Positions 60,538 through 64,000 of a stretch of 64,000 nt of DNA are shown here, one piece after another (within the stretch, counting starts at the first letter, position 1; each line of letters starts with the position of its first letter). The position numbers and the translations under genes were made by a program. Location: contig CAVQEQ010000004.1 in NCBI GenBank assembly GCA_963711565.1, positions 1,216,001-1,280,000 on the forward strand. Reading direction: 5' to 3'. Source of the DNA: an uncultured delta proteobacterium. GTDB taxonomy: Bacteria; Desulfobacterota; Binatia; Binatales; Binataceae. The notes under the pieces were generated by a model, which saw nothing but the letters and a program-made list of their open reading frames with translations, did not search any database and was not told where the DNA came from.

Positions 60538-61582
60538 GCCTGGCGAGAATTCTTATCCCGATCCCGCTTCCGCCGACGAAGGCCGACTCGCTTCGCGCAT
60601 CGGGCACGAGGATGAGCGCAGGCTGGATCTCGCGCTGCGTCCGCGCAAGCTCGACGAGTTCATCGGCCAGGTGCGTAACAAGAAAATTCTTGCCATGTCG
60701 ATCGATGCGGCCCGCGGGCGCGCCGAAGTGCTGGATCACGTGCTGTTCTCGGGACCACCCGGACTCGGCAAGACCTCGCTCGCACACATCATCGCGCGCG
60801 AGCTCGGCGTCAACCTCCATATCACCTCTGGCCCGGCGATCGAGCGCGCCGCCGACCTCGCCGCAATTGTGAACCATCTCGAAGAGCACGACGTGCTGTT
60901 CATCGACGAAATTCATCGTCTGCAACGTGCAATCGAAGAACGGCTTTATTCCGCAATGGAAGACTTCGAGTTTCACATCGTGATGGGCGAGGGGATGGGC
61001 GCGCGCACGATGAAGCTGTCGGTTAAACCGTTTACTCTGGTCGGCGCGACGACGCGTTCGGGCCTGCTGAGCTCGCCGCTGCGCGACCGCTTCGGCCAGC
61101 ATTTCCATCTGGACTTTTACGATCACGCCGAACTGAGCGAGATAGTGCGCCGCTCGGCAGCGCTGCTAAACGTCGCGATCGACGAAACAGGTGCAATGGA
61201 ACTGGCGTCGCGGTCGCGCGGGACGCCACGAATCGCCAACCGCTTGCTACGCCGCGTGCGCGACTTCGCGCAGGTCAACGAAGCGTCCATCGTCACGCGC
61301 GAGATCGCGCTCGCCGCGTTGGAACTGCTCGAAATCGACACGGCCGGCTTCGACAAGATGGACCGCGCGATTCTCGGCGCGATCATCGACAAGTTCGACG
61401 GCGGACCGGTCGGGGTCGAGAGCCTGGCCGCGGCGGTGGGCGAGGAATCCGACACTATCGAGGAAGTTTACGAGCCGTATCTGTTGCAAGAAGGATTTCT
61501 CGCGCGCACCTCGCGCGGCCGCGTCGCCACGCAGCGCGCCTACACGCATCTCGGACGCACGCGCCGCGGCACTTTGCTTTAA
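60524..61582 (+). CDS. ruvB: Holliday junction branch migration helicase B
   Basis: [43 protein letters not shown]. Confidence 0.97.
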   Translation: MLKSKPGENSYPDPASADEGRLASRIGHEDERRLDLALRPRKLDEFIGQVRNKKILAMSIDAARGRAEVLDHVLFSGPPGLGKTSLAHIIARELGVNLHITSGPAIERAADLAAIVNHLEEHDVLFIDEIHRLQRAIEERLYSAMEDFEFHIVMGEGMGARTMKLSVKPFTLVGATTRSGLLSSPLRDRFGQHFHLDFYDHAELSEIVRRSAALLNVAIDETGAMELASRSRGTPRIANRLLRRVRDFAQVNEASIVTREIALAALELLEIDTAGFDKMDRAILGAIIDKFDGGPVGVESLAAAVGEESDTIEEVYEPYLLQEGFLARTSRGRVATQRAYTHLGRTRRGTLL

Positions 61583-61593
61583 CGATTACTTCA

Positions 61594-62307
61594 ATGGCGA
61601 AGATTTACGTTTTGCAGCATCACCCGGTCGAGAGTCTCGGCACTATCGCCGACGCGCTCGAAGGCGCCGCGCTCGCATGGCAGTACGTGCACGTCAACGA
61701 CGGCCAGCCTGTGCCGGCGAGCATGAAGGGCGCGGGCGGATTGATCGTGATGGGCGGGCCGATGGGCGTCCATCAGACCGACCGCTATCCGTGGCTGCGC
61801 GACGAGATGCGACTGATAGAGGACGCGACGAAGCTGAATCTCCCGGTGCTGGGCGTATGCCTCGGCGCCCAGATTCTCGCGGCGGCGCTCGGCGCGAAGG
61901 TCGATCGTAATCCCAACGGCAAAGAAATCGGATGGCATCCGATCCGGTTGCACGATTCGTCCAAGGACGATCGCCTGATGCGTGATTTGCCGGCGACGAT
62001 GACGCCGTTCCACTGGCACGGCGATATCTTCAATCTGCCACCGGGCGCGGTTTCGCTCGCGTCGTCAGACAAGACTCCATGCCAGGCATTCCGCCACGGC
62101 GACAAGGTCTATGGCTTCCAGTTTCATTTCGAGGTGACGCGGGAGAGCGTATCGGCGATGGCCGAGGCATTCGCGAAAGAGTTAGTGCGCGAGAGAATTC
62201 CGGCAGATCGAATGATTGCTCAAGCTGCGGACTTCATCGCGCCACTCGCGAAGCTTTCAGACACAGTCTTCTCGCGCTGGGCGTCCCCAATCCAAGGCAT
62301 GTCCTAA
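61594..62307 (+). CDS. Class I glutamine amidotransferase-like protein
   Basis: MGGPM, GVCLG, EIGW, WHGD, QFHFE (Cys-His-Glu triad). Confidence 0.88.
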   Translation: MAKIYVLQHHPVESLGTIADALEGAALAWQYVHVNDGQPVPASMKGAGGLIVMGGPMGVHQTDRYPWLRDEMRLIEDATKLNLPVLGVCLGAQILAAALGAKVDRNPNGKEIGWHPIRLHDSSKDDRLMRDLPATMTPFHWHGDIFNLPPGAVSLASSDKTPCQAFRHGDKVYGFQFHFEVTRESVSAMAEAFAKELVRERIPADRMIAQAADFIAPLAKLSDTVFSRWASPIQGMS

Positions 62308-62894
62308 GTCAAACTTAGCGGCTTACCGCTGCGCTCCATCTCCAACAACTTGCGCTTGCGATCAAGCCCCCATCGGTAGCCGCCTAGATGACCGGACGCG
62401 CGAATCGCGCGATGACAGGGAATGATAATCGACACCGGATTGGCGCCGTTGGCGGTGCCGACGGCGCGGATGGCGCGCGGCCGTCCGATTCGTCGCGCGA
62501 TTTCGGAATACGAGCGCGTTTCGCCAGCGGGAATCGCGCGAAGTTGGTCCCATACCGCAAACTGAAAGGGAGTCCCGCGGATGTCCATCGGCGGCGTGGG
62601 CATCTTCGAGCGGCCTGCTACGTAGTCCGCGAGCGCGTCGGCCCAAAGGCCGACGCGCGAGTCCTCGCGACGCTTCGGGTCAGCGACCCGAATCGTCGCG
62701 CGCGGGTAGTCGCCGCGCAGCGCGGCGACCAGCGTCCGATCTGCTTCGCCCATCGCGGCGAAGCAGATTCCGCTACGGGTGCCCGCTACCAGCAGGCGCC
62801 CGAGCGTCGAGGCGACAATCGCGTACGCGATTGTCGCCCCGTCACCACCGGAGCCGTACGAACAATCTTTGGTACTGTAATTTCGGGTTTTCAT
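62304..62894 (-). CDS. ogt: Methylated-DNA-[protein]-cysteine S-methyltransferase (Ada C-terminal-like)
   Basis: GTPFQ, RAVGTA..NP, IPCHR, GGYRWG. Confidence 0.9.
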   Translation of the reverse strand: MKTRNYSTKDCSYGSGGDGATIAYAIVASTLGRLLVAGTRSGICFAAMGEADRTLVAALRGDYPRATIRVADPKRREDSRVGLWADALADYVAGRSKMPTPPMDIRGTPFQFAVWDQLRAIPAGETRSYSEIARRIGRPRAIRAVGTANGANPVSIIIPCHRAIRASGHLGGYRWGLDRKRKLLEMERSGKPLSLT

Positions 62895-62939
62895 CCGGCA
62901 TCCTCGGAACATACAACCCCGCGTCCCGGTTAATGTGAT

Positions 62940-63434
62940 ATGAAACCGAATATCAAGGCGCTCGGAATTTCTGCTTCGATCGTCGCCAGCTTGATTTTCG
63001 CTATCGCACTAGCGGCGGAGGTCTCAGGGCCGCCTGCTACTGACCTGAAACTGGCGCCGGATCTTTCCTTCACCGACGATTCGAGCCCGAATTTCCCCAT
63101 CGCGGGGAAGAATCTTTCCGACGCTTCGGTCGCCGCCGACCATGCGACCGTTATCTTCTTTGGCACCGCCAACTGCTGGAACACCGCGCGCGAGGCCGAA
63201 CGCCTGGTGCAGCTCTATCCGCGATATAAGGACAAGATTCGCTTCGTCGTCGTCGATTTGCGAAGTCCGTCGATCGCGCAGCGCGCTTTGATCGCACGCT
63301 ACTACCAGGGTTACATCCCGACGATTGCCGTGATCGACAGCACCGGCAAGGTCCTTTACGACCGCGCGGGCGAGACGGCAAGCGAGCGGGGTGACACGAG
63401 CAATCTGCAGAAGCTGCTCGATTCCGCGCACTAG
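62940..63434 (+). CDS. Exported thioredoxin-fold protein (CxxT variant)
   Basis: Signal peptide, FFGTANCWNT, cis-Pro YIPT, ID..GKV. Confidence 0.7.
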   Translation: MKPNIKALGISASIVASLIFAIALAAEVSGPPATDLKLAPDLSFTDDSSPNFPIAGKNLSDASVAADHATVIFFGTANCWNTAREAERLVQLYPRYKDKIRFVVVDLRSPSIAQRALIARYYQGYIPTIAVIDSTGKVLYDRAGETASERGDTSNLQKLLDSAH

Positions 63435-63474
63435 GAAGAATCCGGAATTCTTCGATTCGCTCTAGAATGACACA
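63435..63474. repeat. Partial family C palindromic element
   Basis: GAAGAATCC..ATTCTTCG...GCTCTAGAATGACACA resembles the right arm of 18526-18615. Confidence 0.6.
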
Positions 63475-63526
63475 AGGAAGGAACTTGAGAGCGAAAGGTT
63501 GTCCTCAACATTTCGCGCTTATCATT

Positions 63527-63580
63527 GGGTGCAGGGGTCACCCCTGCCCAGGGAAGCGTGAAACCCACGGTGGGTTTCAC
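63527..63580. repeat. Double-hairpin repeat family D
   Basis: gggtgcaggggtcacccctgcc...gtgaaacccacggtgggtttcac; inverted copy of 34809-34861. Confidence 0.8.
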
Positions 63581-63601
63581 ATGCGATGACGTTCTTCGGT
63601 T

Positions 63602-64000
63602 CTACCCCTTCGGCAGCTTGAGGACTCGTTCGCCGATGATATTGTGCTGAATTTCGCTCGAGCCCGCCGCGATCGTCAGTCCGCGCGCCGCGAGCGTGCG
63701 ATGCATCCAGCGGCCGCCTTCGACTGCGCCCGCGCTGCCGCCTTCGACGTTGGCGAACGAACCGAGCATCTCGTCGGCGAACATCGCAACTCGCAGGTTG
63801 AGCTCGGTGGCGAACAGCTTGCCGAATGAACTTTCAGCGCCCGGCACTTTGCCTCTGAGCTGCGCCGACAGCGAGCGATAGCGCGACAAGCGCAGGCATC
63901 GCGCCTCGACTGCGAACTGCGCGAGCTTCTGCCGCACGTACGGATGCTTCCACGCGGGCCCGCCCTGGAAATCGACTTTCTTCGCGAGGTCCAGCAACTC
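63602..64000 (-). CDS. Acyl-CoA dehydrogenase family protein (C-terminal part)
   Basis: PGAESSFGK, TIAAGSSEIQHNIIGERVLKLP. Confidence 0.88.
   Translation of the reverse strand, partial: ELLDLAKKVDFQGGPAWKHPYVRQKLAQFAVEARCLRLSRYRSLSAQLRGKVPGAESSFGKLFATELNLRVAMFADEMLGSFANVEGGSAGAVEGGRWMHRTLAARGLTIAAGSSEIQHNIIGERVLKLPKG

Overview
This is a high-GC, CpG-rich bacterial chromosomal segment. Gene content (F420 biosynthesis, many SDR/acyl-CoA enzymes, deltaproteobacteria-like core gene order) suggests a Binatota-like soil bacterium, but this is inference only. Main contents, left to right: (1) SDRs plus a partial PaaA/BoxB-like di-iron gene; (2) an imuA-imuB-dnaE2 mutagenesis cassette interrupted by a BrnT/BrnA toxin-antitoxin pair; (3) an AT-richer 'unknown protein + PIN nuclease' pair; (4) a cofG-cofH-cofD-cofE F420 operon extended by a polyprenyl synthase and a FAD oxidoreductase; (5) a 2-oxoacid dehydrogenase E1a/E1b/E2 cluster; (6) an AT-richer islet with an orphan CAP12-type TIR fused to an unknown beta-rich domain, followed by a tiny SD-led peptide ORF; (7) an MCE/Mla transporter, an isolated nuoB-nuoF-nuoG unit, glpD-nth and a GH1 gene; (8) a thinned yceD-rpmF-plsX-fabD-acpP-nrdR-ribD-ribBA-nusB-lptE-holA superoperon whose RibB domain is degenerate; (9) a three-gene GT-C/PMT glycosylation cluster; (10) yebC-ruvCAB. 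Four families of short palindromic repeats occur, one of them translated in frame inside genes. Five apparent single-base frameshifts in four otherwise intact genes most likely reflect sequencing indels. I recognised no rRNA, tRNA, CRISPR array or transposase.
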